Assembly: GCA_026984275.1 (NCBI GenBank)
Contig: JALSSM010000437.1
Coordinates: 1-31,282 of the forward strand
Origin: Gammaproteobacteria bacterium
GTDB taxonomy: Bacteria; Pseudomonadota; Gammaproteobacteria; CAJXQU01
DNA length: 31,282 bases
Reading direction: 5' to 3'
Made by a program: the position numbers and the translations under genes. Position 1 is the stretch's first letter; every line of letters begins with the position of its first letter. Under the pieces are notes generated by a model. It saw only the letters and a list, made by a program, of their open reading frames with translations. It ran no database searches and was not told the origin of the DNA. Positions 7,813 through 17,586 of the stretch are shown here, piece after piece.

Positions 7813-8615
7813 CCGATACAGATGATCAATTCGGACTTTTCACTGACGTCCAGGACAAGGCTATTTATGAGTTGCCCATCAACGAGCGCATCAGAAACTT
7901 TCTGCGTCTTGAGTTTCTGTTTCAGATTGCGGACGATTCAATGGAAAAAACGGCAGAATGGGACAGTCGCCAGTGTGTCAGCAGCCTGATTGAGGTCAGC
8001 GAACTCATTTCCCGTACCGATATAAAAAAGGAACTGGTCAAAGAACTGGATCGATATATAAAACTCTTCCAGACTTTTCAGAAAAACCCTGATGTCGATG
8101 ACAAGATACTCGATGAAATGCTCCATAATCTACAGGACTCATACCATCAGTTGACTAACCCGTCATACCATCCTGGACAGCTATTACAACAGGATGAGCT
8201 GATCGCCTCGATCAGGCAACGCATTTCAATCGCTGGCGGAACCTGCAATTTCGATTTACCGGCTTACCATCACTGGTTAAGAAAAAGTACCAGTGAACGG
8301 AAATTCCAGCTTAATCGCTGGGCTGCTGATCTGAACTATATGCGCGATGCCATTAAACTGGTATTGATCATTTTAAGAACCGGCTCTGAAACAACTAAAG
8401 AGTCGGCCACAGATGGGTTTTTTCAATATTCCATCGATCAGAATCGACCAGCACAACTCATCCGTATCCTGTTGCCCATTAATGATCCATACTTCCCTGA
8501 AATCAGTGGTGGAAAACATCGTTTCTCCGTTCGATTTCTGGAGCAAAATAACACTCAGGAACGACCTTCGCAGATCCAACGAACGGTTGATTTTGAACTA
8601 CAATGTTGTAACTGA
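7809..8615 (+). CDS. zapD: Cell division protein ZapD
   Basis: YELPINERIRNFLRLE, RQRISIAGGTCNFDLP, FPEISGGKHRFSVRF. Canonical coaE-zapD-yacG synteny; ATGA overlap with coaE. Confidence 0.92.
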   Translation: MTDTDDQFGLFTDVQDKAIYELPINERIRNFLRLEFLFQIADDSMEKTAEWDSRQCVSSLIEVSELISRTDIKKELVKELDRYIKLFQTFQKNPDVDDKILDEMLHNLQDSYHQLTNPSYHPGQLLQQDELIASIRQRISIAGGTCNFDLPAYHHWLRKSTSERKFQLNRWAADLNYMRDAIKLVLIILRTGSETTKESATDGFFQYSIDQNRPAQLIRILLPINDPYFPEISGGKHRFSVRFLEQNNTQERPSQIQRTVDFELQCCN

Positions 8616-8809
8616 TGAAAACCTGTCCAACCTGTAAAAAACCAATTAAAGAACCGGTAAGTACCGAAAACAAACAATGGTTACCATTCTGCTGTGAGCG
8701 CTGTAAATTAATCGATTTCGGTGCCTGGCTTGATGGTAGTCATGCCATTCCCGGAGATGAAACCATTGTCCTGCCGGATGATCAGGACGACAGCTTTAGA
8801 TCGCATTAA
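8615..8809 (+). CDS. yacG: DNA gyrase inhibitor YacG
   Basis: 64 aa. CPTC...PFCCERCKLIDFGAW zinc-finger motif; synteny after zapD. Confidence 0.92.
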   Translation: MKTCPTCKKPIKEPVSTENKQWLPFCCERCKLIDFGAWLDGSHAIPGDETIVLPDDQDDSFRSH

Positions 8810-8844
8810 CCTGATATCTTACTCAGGAACCATGTGGATGGTTT

Positions 8845-8931
8845 TGTCCAGTGCACTGCTTTTAGTGACTATCAGGCGGAGATGCGCAGCCATAGCAACG
8901 CCGAGAGTCGCTAAAAGAAGCGTGCTGGATA
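8845..8931. repeat. 87-bp imperfect inverted-repeat element, ERIC/MITE-like
   Basis: 26-bp arms at 8845-8870 and 8906-8931 pair ungapped: 20 Watson-Crick pairs, 4 G.U and 2 mismatches on the + strand. Inner AGGCG...AACGCCG core. Lies between convergent yacG and mutT. Confidence 0.65.
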
Positions 8932-8939
8932 GCTATTTC

Positions 8940-9911
8940 TTATCCTGAGTTCAGGTTACCTGGCCAGCCAGATCGGATCATTGCCACACCTTGTGCCCCA
9001 GATTGCCAGGCAAGTTCAAGATCATCTGAACTCATTCCACCCAGAGCATAAACGGGTAGATTAATTTCCTCGATCAATTTTTCAAATGCCTCCCAGCCAA
9101 GCGGATTAGTCTCTGGATGAGAAAGTGTTTTATCAACAGGTGACAACACAACAAAGTCAACACCAATTCGGGCAGCATGTTGTAGTTCTTCAATATTGTG
9201 ACAGGATGCTCCGATCAGATAATTCCGTCCCAAAGGTCGAGCCGCTAAAGCCAGCAAACGTTCACTACTCAAATGCACACCATCCGAACTGAAAGTTTTC
9301 ACATCCTCTGGATCACCATTGATCAGCCAGCGTGCCTGGTATTTTTTACAGAGTTGGTTAAGAGGCTCAGCCAGAGTGTGAATAGAAGATGAAGGTTTTG
9401 TTTTAGAGCGTAACTGAAATAGTTTTATTCCATTTTTCAGACAGGTTTCTACATGGGTCAGAAAAATCTCTGAATCATGATCAGGTTCGGGACTGATCTG
9501 ATAGACAGGCGGTAGATTCAGCGCCGAAATAATCGGTCGATCGGCTTCAGGAAATTCATAGCTTTGCAGTTCATTTAGACTCGCCCAACGAACCTCCTGT
9601 CCTTCCAACCCCTCAGCCATCCCTGACCAGTTTTCGACTAACCAGGTATCGAGTTTGACTGTTTTGTGCGGATAATCATGAATAATTTTTATGAGCTGGC
9701 GACCTGTTTCGATCTGAATACCTGTCTCTTCCAGCAGCTCTCGCTTGAGTGCAAAAAGGACTGACTCGTCCTGTTCAAGCTTACCACCCGGAAATTCCCA
9801 CAGGCCTTCAAGATGCACACCTTCAGGTCGACGTGCGATCAGGATTTCACCTTTTGAATTGACCACGATAGCAACAGCTACGTGGACAATGTCAGGTTCG
9901 ATACTCCGCAT
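8940..9911 (-). CDS. Nudix hydrolase (MutT-like) fused to a thiamine-phosphate-synthase-like (TMP-TENI) domain
   Basis: Nudix box GLWEFPGGKLEQDESVLFALKRELLEETGI. C-terminal FQLRSK, DGVHL, GASCHN, PVYALGG. Start placed at ATG 9911 ([14 protein letters not shown]); the ORF track extends to 9983 inside argJ. Confidence 0.88.
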   Translation of the reverse strand: MRSIEPDIVHVAVAIVVNSKGEILIARRPEGVHLEGLWEFPGGKLEQDESVLFALKRELLEETGIQIETGRQLIKIIHDYPHKTVKLDTWLVENWSGMAEGLEGQEVRWASLNELQSYEFPEADRPIISALNLPPVYQISPEPDHDSEIFLTHVETCLKNGIKLFQLRSKTKPSSSIHTLAEPLNQLCKKYQARWLINGDPEDVKTFSSDGVHLSSERLLALAARPLGRNYLIGASCHNIEELQHAARIGVDFVVLSPVDKTLSHPETNPLGWEAFEKLIEEINLPVYALGGMSSDDLELAWQSGAQGVAMIRSGWPGNLNSG

Positions 9912-11076
9912 TGATTTTGACATAGTCATAAGAAAGATCGCAGGTCCAGACTGTTTCACTTGCTGTACCTCTGGCAAGATCAATCGTAACGGTGATCTCT
10001 TTTTCTGCCATCACGGCAGCACCCTTTTCTTCGGTGTAAGTCTTTGCCGGTTCTCCTGCTTCAATCAAACTGACATCACCCAATTTTACTGAAACTTTTC
10101 CAATGTCCAGATCAGAAATTCCAGCCCTGCCAATCGCAGCAAGCAAACGTCCCCAGTTTGGATCCGAAGCAAAAAATGCCGTCTTAACCAGAGGTGAGTG
10201 GGCTATTGTATAAGCAACTTGTAAGGCTTCTTTTTTATCCAGCCCACCTTTCACTCCAATGGTAATAAATTTGGTTGCACCCTCACCATCCCTGATAATG
10301 GCCTGAGCAAGCTCAATAAATACGTGATCGACGGCCTCCTGGAATCGACCAAGCTGATTGATCCTGACCCCAGATCTTCCTGTTGCAATCAGTACACAAC
10401 TATCATTGGTGGATGTATCACCATCAACAGTAATCCGGTTAAAGCTTTTTTCTACTGCATTCTGACAACACTGGTCCAGTAAGTCAGAATCAATATCAGC
10501 ATCGGTTGCGATATAGGCCAGCATGGTCGCCATATCCGGTCTGATCATGCCAGAACCTTTTGCTATGCCAACCACAGAAACTTTTTTTCCTTCAGTCTCA
10601 AAATGAAAAGAGGCCTGCTTTGCGACAGTATCGGTTGTCATGATCGCACGCGAGGCCGCTTCCCAACCATCTTCACTGAGATCCTGAACCGCATCTGAAA
10701 GTGCCTGGTTAAACAGCGCTGTGGGGAGTCGTTCTCCGATCACGCCTGTTGAAAAAGGCAGGATCGCTTCACACTCACAGGAGACTTCATCAGCCAGCAT
10801 TTGACAGGTATCAAGAGCATCCTGATAGCCTTCCTGCCCGGTTCCGGCATTGGCATTTCCGGAGTTGATCAGAAGATAGCGTGGTGATTGAGTTGAAAGA
10901 TGTTGCTTTGCTATGGTCACGGGAGCAGCACAAAATGCATTTTGTGTAAACACTGCAGCAACCTGACTGCCTTCACTGATCTCGATGACAGCAACATCAT
11001 CCCGTTCTTTCTGTCGAATACCAGCACAGGCTGTACCCAGCCTGATCCCGTTTATCAGGAGATCTTTCCGTGACAC
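9892..11076 (-). CDS. argJ: Ornithine acetyltransferase / N-acetylglutamate synthase ArgJ
   Basis: [29 protein letters not shown] (autocleavage Thr), [35 protein letters not shown] start. Confidence 0.95.
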   Translation of the reverse strand: MSRKDLLINGIRLGTACAGIRQKERDDVAVIEISEGSQVAAVFTQNAFCAAPVTIAKQHLSTQSPRYLLINSGNANAGTGQEGYQDALDTCQMLADEVSCECEAILPFSTGVIGERLPTALFNQALSDAVQDLSEDGWEAASRAIMTTDTVAKQASFHFETEGKKVSVVGIAKGSGMIRPDMATMLAYIATDADIDSDLLDQCCQNAVEKSFNRITVDGDTSTNDSCVLIATGRSGVRINQLGRFQEAVDHVFIELAQAIIRDGEGATKFITIGVKGGLDKKEALQVAYTIAHSPLVKTAFFASDPNWGRLLAAIGRAGISDLDIGKVSVKLGDVSLIEAGEPAKTYTEEKGAAVMAEKEITVTIDLARGTASETVWTCDLSYDYVKINAEYRT

Positions 11077-13796
11077 TGTTTGTACTTCTTACCTGAACCA
11101 CAGGGGCATGGTTCGTTACGACCGACTTTACGCTCAGTTCTCGTAAACGGTGTTTGTCGGACCTGACCAGCGTTCTTGGCTTCTGAGGGCTCATTCTCTG
11201 ACAACTGGTTTTCAGCTTCCTGATGCTGATATTGAACCGCAGCTGCTTCAGCCTCTTGTTGTCGTTGTCGTTCCATGGCTTCGACATCTTCTTCAGCACG
11301 CACCTGAACATGAGAAAGCATTTTGATCACTTCCCGTTTGATGTTATCCAGTAGCTCTGAAAACATTTCAAATGATTCACGTTTAAATTCCTGTTTTGGA
11401 TCTTTTTGCGCCATACTGCGTAGATGAATACCCTGCCTCAGGTGATCCATAGCAGCCAGATGTTCTTTCCAATGCTGATCCAGGACCTGGAGCATCAACG
11501 CTTTCTCAAAATGGCGTAATGTTTCCGCACCAGCCAACTCTTCTTTTTCTTTGTAAGCCTTGATATGTTCTTCAAGGATCTTTTCCCGTATATTTTCTTC
11601 ATACAATGAATCATCTTCATCCAACCATTGCTGGATCGGAAGTTTCAGTCCTAGCTCTTCTTCAACAGCAGCAGTCAGGCCTTCAATATCCCATGTCTCA
11701 TCAATACTCTGAGGAGTAATATATTCATCAATTATCTCTTCGATCACATCATGACGTATGCCTTCGATAGTTTCAGATATATCATCAGCATCCATCAGAT
11801 CATTTCGTTGTTCGTAAATCACTTTACGTTGATCATTCGCAACATCATCATAATCCAGTAGTTGTTTACGAATATCGAAGTTGCGTCCTTCCACTTTACG
11901 CTGAGCATTTTCTATAGCACGGGAAACCCACGGATGTTCAATTGCCTCACCCTCTTCCATTCCCAGTTTTTGCATCAGGCCGGCGACACGTTCAGATGCA
12001 AAAATACGCATGAGATTGTCTTCCAGCGACAGATAAAAACGGCTCGAACCTGGATCGCCCTGACGACCTGAACGACCACGAAGTTGATTATCAATTCGCC
12101 TTGATTCATGCCGCTCGGTACCGATGATATGTAATCCACCGGACTCCAACACAGCATCATGTCGTTCCTGCCATTCAAGCCTGGCTTTTTCAATCGCCTG
12201 AGTATCTTCTGGATCTAATTTTTCCAGTTCTGCATCAAGACTGCCACCCAGAACAATATCGGTACCGCGCCCTGCCATATTGGTTGCAATGGTGATAGCC
12301 CCCGGTCGCCCCGCCTGAGCAATGATATGTGCTTCTTTTTCATGAAATTTTGCGTTCAGAACTTCATGCTGAATATTTGCTTTATTCAACAGATCAGATA
12401 AATATTCTGAAGTCTCGATTGAGGCAGTACCCACCAGGACAGGTTGTTTTCGTTCCTGACAGTCTCTGATGTCTTCAATGATCGCATCAAACTTTTCTTT
12501 TTGAGTCAGGTAAACCAGATCACCCTTATCATCTCTTAGCATGGGCTTGTTCGTTGGTATAACGATAACTTCAAGTCCGTAGATCTGCTGGAATTCGAAG
12601 GCCTCAGTATCGGCAGTACCCGTCATACCTGAGAGTTTATTGTAGAGACGGAAGTAATTCTGGAAAGTGATCGAGGCAAGCGTCTGATTTTCGTTCTGTA
12701 TAGAGACGCCTTCTTTGGCTTCCACTGCCTGATGAAGGCCTTCAGACCAGCGCCGTCCAGGCATCGTACGCCCGGTAAATTCATCTACAATAACGATTTG
12801 ATCATTCTGTACAACGTATTCAACATCTTTCTGAAATAGGGTGTGTGCACGAAGGGCAGCATTGATGTGATGCATCAGGCTGATATTTGTCGTGTCATAC
12901 AGACTTTCATCTTCACCCAACAGTCCTGCCTCTACCAGTAAATTTTCGACTGTTTCATGGCCCTGTTCTGTCAGATAAACCTGCCTTGCCTTTTCATCAA
13001 TGGAATAATCACCGGGTCCGTCTTCCTCTTCCTGCTTTGTCAGTTTTGGGATCAGTTTATCAACACGTTGATAAATGTCAGTTTTATCATTTGTTGGGCC
13101 AGAGATGATCAGTGGTGTTCTGGCTTCATCAATCAGAATTGAGTCGACTTCATCGACAATCGCAAAATTCAGGCCTCGCTGTACCCGATCTTCTTCTGCA
13201 AAAGCCATGTTGTCGCGAAGATAATCGAAACCGAATTCATTATTTGTTCCGTAGGTAATGTCTGCAGCATAGGCCGCTTTTCGTTGTTCTTTATCAAGAT
13301 TAGCGACAATAACACCAGTAGTCAGACCCAGAAAACCATACAATTTTCCCATCCACTCAGCATCACGACTGGCAAGATAGTCATTGACGGTGACAACATG
13401 AACACCTTCCCCTGAGAGGGCATTAAGATAGGCAGCAAGTGTTGCAACCAGAGTCTTACCTTCGCCTGTTCGCATTTCAGCGATCTTGCCATCGTTGAGC
13501 ACCATGCCGCCGATCATCTGGCAATCAAAATGCCGCATGCCCAGAGAACGTTTACCTGCTTCTCGAACAACGGCAAATGCTTCAGGTAAGAGTGAATCCA
13601 GTGTTTCACCATTCTCAAGTCGATCACGAAATTCCTGTGTCTTGTTTTTTAATTCGTCATCACTTAATGCTGAGATCTCATCATCAAAAGCGTTGATCTT
13701 TGAGACAACTCTGTTCAGTTTTTTTAAGACACGATTATTACGACTGCCGAAAATGCGGCTCATCAGACCGCCGAAAGAAGATCGGTTATTTGACAT
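11055..13796 (-). CDS. secA: Preprotein translocase ATPase SecA
   Basis: 913 aa. [53 protein letters not shown]-terminal SEC-C motif [19 protein letters not shown]. Confidence 0.98.
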   Translation of the reverse strand: MSNNRSSFGGLMSRIFGSRNNRVLKKLNRVVSKINAFDDEISALSDDELKNKTQEFRDRLENGETLDSLLPEAFAVVREAGKRSLGMRHFDCQMIGGMVLNDGKIAEMRTGEGKTLVATLAAYLNALSGEGVHVVTVNDYLASRDAEWMGKLYGFLGLTTGVIVANLDKEQRKAAYAADITYGTNNEFGFDYLRDNMAFAEEDRVQRGLNFAIVDEVDSILIDEARTPLIISGPTNDKTDIYQRVDKLIPKLTKQEEEDGPGDYSIDEKARQVYLTEQGHETVENLLVEAGLLGEDESLYDTTNISLMHHINAALRAHTLFQKDVEYVVQNDQIVIVDEFTGRTMPGRRWSEGLHQAVEAKEGVSIQNENQTLASITFQNYFRLYNKLSGMTGTADTEAFEFQQIYGLEVIVIPTNKPMLRDDKGDLVYLTQKEKFDAIIEDIRDCQERKQPVLVGTASIETSEYLSDLLNKANIQHEVLNAKFHEKEAHIIAQAGRPGAITIATNMAGRGTDIVLGGSLDAELEKLDPEDTQAIEKARLEWQERHDAVLESGGLHIIGTERHESRRIDNQLRGRSGRQGDPGSSRFYLSLEDNLMRIFASERVAGLMQKLGMEEGEAIEHPWVSRAIENAQRKVEGRNFDIRKQLLDYDDVANDQRKVIYEQRNDLMDADDISETIEGIRHDVIEEIIDEYITPQSIDETWDIEGLTAAVEEELGLKLPIQQWLDEDDSLYEENIREKILEEHIKAYKEKEELAGAETLRHFEKALMLQVLDQHWKEHLAAMDHLRQGIHLRSMAQKDPKQEFKRESFEMFSELLDNIKREVIKMLSHVQVRAEEDVEAMERQRQQEAEAAAVQYQHQEAENQLSENEPSEAKNAGQVRQTPFTRTERKVGRNEPCPCGSGKKYKQCHGKIS

Positions 13797-13830
13797 TTGT
13801 TTAGAGATAAATCCTGGAGATTAAAAAAAT

Positions 13831-13858
13831 ATTATAAAAACATTAAGTTTATTGAAAA
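13831..13858 (-). promoter_or_regulatory. Candidate sigma70 promoter for secA
   Basis: Minus strand TTTTCA-N16-TATAAT (perfect -10 at 13836-13831) in a very AT-rich 66-nt intergenic region. Confidence 0.4.
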
Positions 13859-13862
13859 AACT

Positions 13863-14807
13863 TTAGCCAAGCGGCCTAAGATATGGCTTTGGATTAACAG
13901 GTTTTCCTTCCTGTACGACTTCGAAATGCACATGTGGTCCTGTCGAATGCCCAGTTGACCCCATCAAGGCAATTGTCTGGCCTTTTTCTACTTTCTCACC
14001 AACCTTGACTACATTTTTTTCGTTATGCGCATAGCGAGTGACATAACCATGTCCATGATCGATCTCAACCAGATTACCATAGCCTTTCTGTTTCCCGGAC
14101 CATGTCACAACACCTCCTGCAACAGCGTGGATCTCAGTTCCTTTCTTCCCGGCAAAATCTATCCCCTTGTGAATATCATGTTTGCCAGTAAAAGGATCAG
14201 TTCGTTCACCAAAACCGGATGATATCCACCCATTCGCTACAGGATTACCAGCTGGAACAGCGGCCGTTTCCAATTTTTTATCTAACATCATTGAATCCAG
14301 CATACTAAGTTTATGTTGATGCTCATCGATTTTTTCTGACAGTGCTTCCAGAGACTGGATAAAATCAGGGACATTAAACTCCTGCTGATTGGTGGGTTCC
14401 ATTCCACCAATTGCCGGTGTCTGTTCAAAATCAAATTCTTCTGACGCGATACCAGCCAGAGAACTCAAACGTAAACTGGCGGCTTCCAGGCGTGTTACTT
14501 TGGCCTGAATAACACCCAGTCGCATTGCCAGAGTATTCAGATTTTCCTGGGCTTCCACAACCGCTGAGTTAATCTGCAATTTCTGTACATCCATTTCTTC
14601 ACTTAGAGACTGGCTAATATACAACTGATTTTGTGTTTCAGTATTCAGTTCTACCTGCTGTGTCTGATCTGCACCTAAATAGTAACCTGCATATCCTGCA
14701 GATCCCATCAGACAAAGTATGGCGAGTACTGTCAGTGTGACCATTACCCAACCTGCTCTCAAGTGAGAAAATCGCCCATTAGAACTTCCCGTGATCAAAA
14801 TCTGCAT
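13863..14807 (-). CDS. M23 family metallopeptidase with N-terminal membrane anchor and coiled coil
   Basis: Zn ligand motifs HKGID (HxxxD) and HVH (HxH) intact; GYGNLVEIDHG, TRYAHN. Usual position upstream of secA in many non-enteric Gammaproteobacteria. Confidence 0.92.
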   Translation of the reverse strand: MQILITGSSNGRFSHLRAGWVMVTLTVLAILCLMGSAGYAGYYLGADQTQQVELNTETQNQLYISQSLSEEMDVQKLQINSAVVEAQENLNTLAMRLGVIQAKVTRLEAASLRLSSLAGIASEEFDFEQTPAIGGMEPTNQQEFNVPDFIQSLEALSEKIDEHQHKLSMLDSMMLDKKLETAAVPAGNPVANGWISSGFGERTDPFTGKHDIHKGIDFAGKKGTEIHAVAGGVVTWSGKQKGYGNLVEIDHGHGYVTRYAHNEKNVVKVGEKVEKGQTIALMGSTGHSTGPHVHFEVVQEGKPVNPKPYLRPLG

Positions 14808-14841
14808 AATTTATTGTCCAGCTATGTCAAAATAGTTGTTA

Positions 14842-15312
14842 ATGATCAAAACTCACATTATAAAACTAGAATCAATCATTCAGGATCCGGGTCTGAAACC
14901 TGTGATTGAGCAAGTAAATAAAATAAAAAAAGCTAACAAACGTCTGAAGCATTTTCTACCACACCCACTTTCCGATCATGTCATTATTAGCAATATCAAA
15001 GGTAAGACACTGATTTTACAGACAAGTTCGCCCGCATGGTCAACTCGAACCAATTTCATTGCTACAGAGATACTCAATTATATGCGAAATGAGGGTGGTT
15101 TGGCGATGGTTGAACGAATGAAAGTGAAAGTTATTCCTCCACGGGAGGAATCCAATACTAATATTAATTCGAAGGCCAGATCGGTGGAGCCAATATCAAA
15201 ACATACATCTGATCTGCTCAAATCTGTTGCGTCGGGCATCGAAGATGATGATTTATCAGATGTACTGGAACGATTATCCAGCCATTTTAGAAACGGACAG
15301 GACGCTTCTTAG
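14842..15312 (+). CDS. dciA: DciA / DUF721 replicative helicase loader-like protein
   Basis: Antisense gene between lpxC and M23-secA, a conserved location. Core [13 protein letters not shown] plus a charged C-terminal tail. ATG at 14842; the ORF track starts at TTG 14836. Confidence 0.75.
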   Translation: MIKTHIIKLESIIQDPGLKPVIEQVNKIKKANKRLKHFLPHPLSDHVIISNIKGKTLILQTSSPAWSTRTNFIATEILNYMRNEGGLAMVERMKVKVIPPREESNTNINSKARSVEPISKHTSDLLKSVASGIEDDDLSDVLERLSSHFRNGQDAS

Positions 15313-16220
15313 CCAGCAGGTACTGCCTGCAAAAATGAAATTGGGCTCTTTTCCTGCTCGGAAAACGAAACCAGTTCCCAGGCATCCTGATTAGCCAACA
15401 AAGCTCTTAGCAACTTGTTGTTCAGGGCATGACCAGACTTATTTCCTTCGAAAGCACCAATCAGACTATGTCCCAGCAAATACAAATCACCAATTGCATC
15501 CAGGATTTTATGTTTAACGAATTCATCGTCATAACGCAGACCATCTTCATTCAATACACGATAGTCATCAACAACGACAGCATTGTTCAGAGAACCACCC
15601 AGAACCAGGTTCTTTTCGCGTAATGCTTCTGTATCTTTCAGAAAGCCAAAGGTTCTGGCACGGCTAACTTCTTTAACGAAAGAGGTTGAAGAAAAATCAA
15701 TGGAGGCAAACTTACTACTTTCTTCAAAAAATGGATGATCAAATTCTATTGAAAACGAAACTTTAAAACCTTCGAAGGGTACAAATTTCGCACTTTTGTC
15801 TCCATCTTCAACCATGATGGCTTTTTTAATTCGAATAAACTGTTTAGCCGCATTTTGCTCTTCTATCCCGGCAGACTGGATCAAAAACACAAATGGCCCT
15901 GCACTCCCATCCATGATTGGAACTTCAGCAGCACTAACATCGACATAAGCATTATCAATACCAAGACCAGCAAATGCTGACAGTAAATGTTCAACCGTGG
16001 AAATCGATACATCACCTTTTGCCAAACTGGTTGACATCATGGTGTCACCCACATTTTCTGCATGTGCGGGGATTTCAACAACGGGATCCAGATCGACTCT
16101 GCGAAAGATGATACCTGTATTGGCAGCTGCTGGATGAAGCGTCAAATAGACTTTCTTCCCAGTATGGAGACCAACGCCCGTAGCACGAATAACATTTTTC
16201 AGAGTACATTGTCTGATCAT
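15309..16220 (-). CDS. lpxC: UDP-3-O-acyl-N-acetylglucosamine deacetylase LpxC
   Basis: [39 protein letters not shown] zinc motifs. Confidence 0.98.
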   Translation of the reverse strand: MIRQCTLKNVIRATGVGLHTGKKVYLTLHPAAANTGIIFRRVDLDPVVEIPAHAENVGDTMMSTSLAKGDVSISTVEHLLSAFAGLGIDNAYVDVSAAEVPIMDGSAGPFVFLIQSAGIEEQNAAKQFIRIKKAIMVEDGDKSAKFVPFEGFKVSFSIEFDHPFFEESSKFASIDFSSTSFVKEVSRARTFGFLKDTEALREKNLVLGGSLNNAVVVDDYRVLNEDGLRYDDEFVKHKILDAIGDLYLLGHSLIGAFEGNKSGHALNNKLLRALLANQDAWELVSFSEQEKSPISFLQAVPAG

Positions 16221-16286
16221 AAAGAAACCCCGTTTAACACATGATCCCGCCCGTTTATATTGACGTTCTTTTACATTCCGGAAAGC

Positions 16287-16297
16287 ATAATAACACA
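16287..16297 (-). promoter_or_regulatory. Candidate extended -10 promoter for lpxC
   Basis: Minus strand TGTG-T-TATTAT (TRTGn plus a 5/6 -10), about 67 nt upstream of the lpxC ATG. Confidence 0.45.
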
Positions 16298-16307
16298 GAC
16301 ATTGATC

Positions 16308-16363
16308 TGAACAAATTTGCTACAGAAACCCTTCCCTGAGCAACTGTAGCAATGCGATGTTCA
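16308..16363 (-). terminator. Long imperfect hairpin after ftsZ (terminator, attenuator or processing site)
   Basis: Minus strand TGAACA-TCGCA-TTGCTACAG-TT-GCTC-AGGGAA-GGGT-TT-CTGTAGCAA-ATT-TGTTCA, starting 23 nt after the ftsZ stop. Confidence 0.55.
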
Positions 16364-16386
16364 CTACTATATAAACTAAAGTTGAT

Positions 16387-17532
16387 TCAGTCTGCCTGTC
16401 TGCGGAGAAAAGCAGGGATATCTAGATAATCACTATCTTCATTTACCTCTACTTCCGGACCACCATCAGTTCCATTACGAATAATAGTTGGGCGGTCCAG
16501 TTTTCCCCAGTCCACAACTTCTGTTGGGCGAGAATCTGTATCGACAACTGATAGTGGCTCTGATTTATCAGCATCAGCAGCCCCAAGTCCTGTCGCAACC
16601 ATGGTGACTCTGATTTCATCCGTCATATCTGGCTCAATGACGGTTCCAACAACAACGGTGGCGCTATCAGATGAAAACTGTTTGATCGTGTTACCAACCT
16701 CCTCAAACTCACCCATGCTGAGATCCATGCCTGATGTAATATTTACCAACACACCTCTGGCTCCTGCCAGATTGACATCTTCCAGCAAAGGACTGGCGAC
16801 GGCTGCTTCCGCAGCGATTCTTGCCCGGTTTTCACCTTTACCTGTGCCGGTGCCCATCATTGCCATGCCCATTTCAGACATCACTGTACGCACATCCGCG
16901 AAATCCACGTTTATGAGTCCTGGACGGGTAATTAGTTCCGCAATACCCTGAACGGCACCCAGTAATACATCATTGGCTGCTTTAAAAGCATTGAGCAAAC
17001 TGATGTCTCTGCCCAGTACACTCAGCAGTTTTTCGTTAGGAATTGTGATCAATGAATCAACATATTGACGAAGATCACTGATCCCGTCATTGGCAATTTC
17101 TGATCGTTTTTTACCTTCAAAAGGAAAAGGACGCGTTACAACGGCAACTGTCAAAATACCCATTTCTTTAGCAACCTGTGCAACAACGGGTGCCGCACCT
17201 GTGCCAGTACCACCACCCATGCCGGCCGTAATAAAGACCATGTCTGAGCCTTCCAGCACATCCATAATCCGATCACGATCTTCAAGTGCAGCTTGTCGTC
17301 CGATTTCCGGATTAGCACCGGCACCAAGACCTTTCGTTACTTCCGTACCCATTTGCAGTGTTGTTCTGGCAGTAGAATTACTCAACGCCTGCGCATCAGT
17401 ATTGGCGCAAACAAAATCCACGCCTTCAAGATTAGCACTAACCATGTGTTCGAGGGCGTTACCACCGCCACCACCAACACCGATCACCTTTATTACAGCA
17501 CTCTGGCTGAATGAATCCATTAATTCGAACAT
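16387..17532 (-). CDS. ftsZ: Cell division GTPase FtsZ
   Basis: [11 protein letters not shown], tubulin signature [18 protein letters not shown]-terminal [14 protein letters not shown]. Start moved to ATG 17532 (MFELMDS), which has GGAGG 8 nt upstream. Confidence 0.98.
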   Translation of the reverse strand: MFELMDSFSQSAVIKVIGVGGGGGNALEHMVSANLEGVDFVCANTDAQALSNSTARTTLQMGTEVTKGLGAGANPEIGRQAALEDRDRIMDVLEGSDMVFITAGMGGGTGTGAAPVVAQVAKEMGILTVAVVTRPFPFEGKKRSEIANDGISDLRQYVDSLITIPNEKLLSVLGRDISLLNAFKAANDVLLGAVQGIAELITRPGLINVDFADVRTVMSEMGMAMMGTGTGKGENRARIAAEAAVASPLLEDVNLAGARGVLVNITSGMDLSMGEFEEVGNTIKQFSSDSATVVVGTVIEPDMTDEIRVTMVATGLGAADADKSEPLSVVDTDSRPTEVVDWGKLDRPTIIRNGTDGGPEVEVNEDSDYLDIPAFLRRQAD

Positions 17533-17586
17533 CGCTTTATCCTCCATTTACCCTAAGTTTTACTTTTTTATCATTAAGATTTTTAA

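Noticed and set aside
8811-8826. LexA-box-like CTG-N10-CAG (CTGATATCTTACTCAG)
   Set aside because: It is CTGA/TCAG rather than CTGT/ACAG, and it lies between convergent 3' ends with no promoter to repress.
8828-8845. Small hairpin AACCAT-GTGG-ATGGTT followed by TT after yacG
   Set aside because: A 6-bp AT-rich stem with a short U-tract is too weak to call as a terminator.
8721-8948. 75-aa + strand ORF spanning the yacG end and the intergenic element
   Set aside because: It overlaps yacG out of frame and the mutT stop, has no recognisable motif, and is explained by the repeat element.
10997-11311. 104-aa minus-strand ORF across the secA/argJ junction
   Set aside because: It is an alternative frame over two well-conserved genes, with no RBS or motif.
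13863-14807. M23 peptidase in place of secM upstream of secA as a novelty
   Set aside because: This arrangement is common in non-enteric Gammaproteobacteria; secM is largely enterobacterial.
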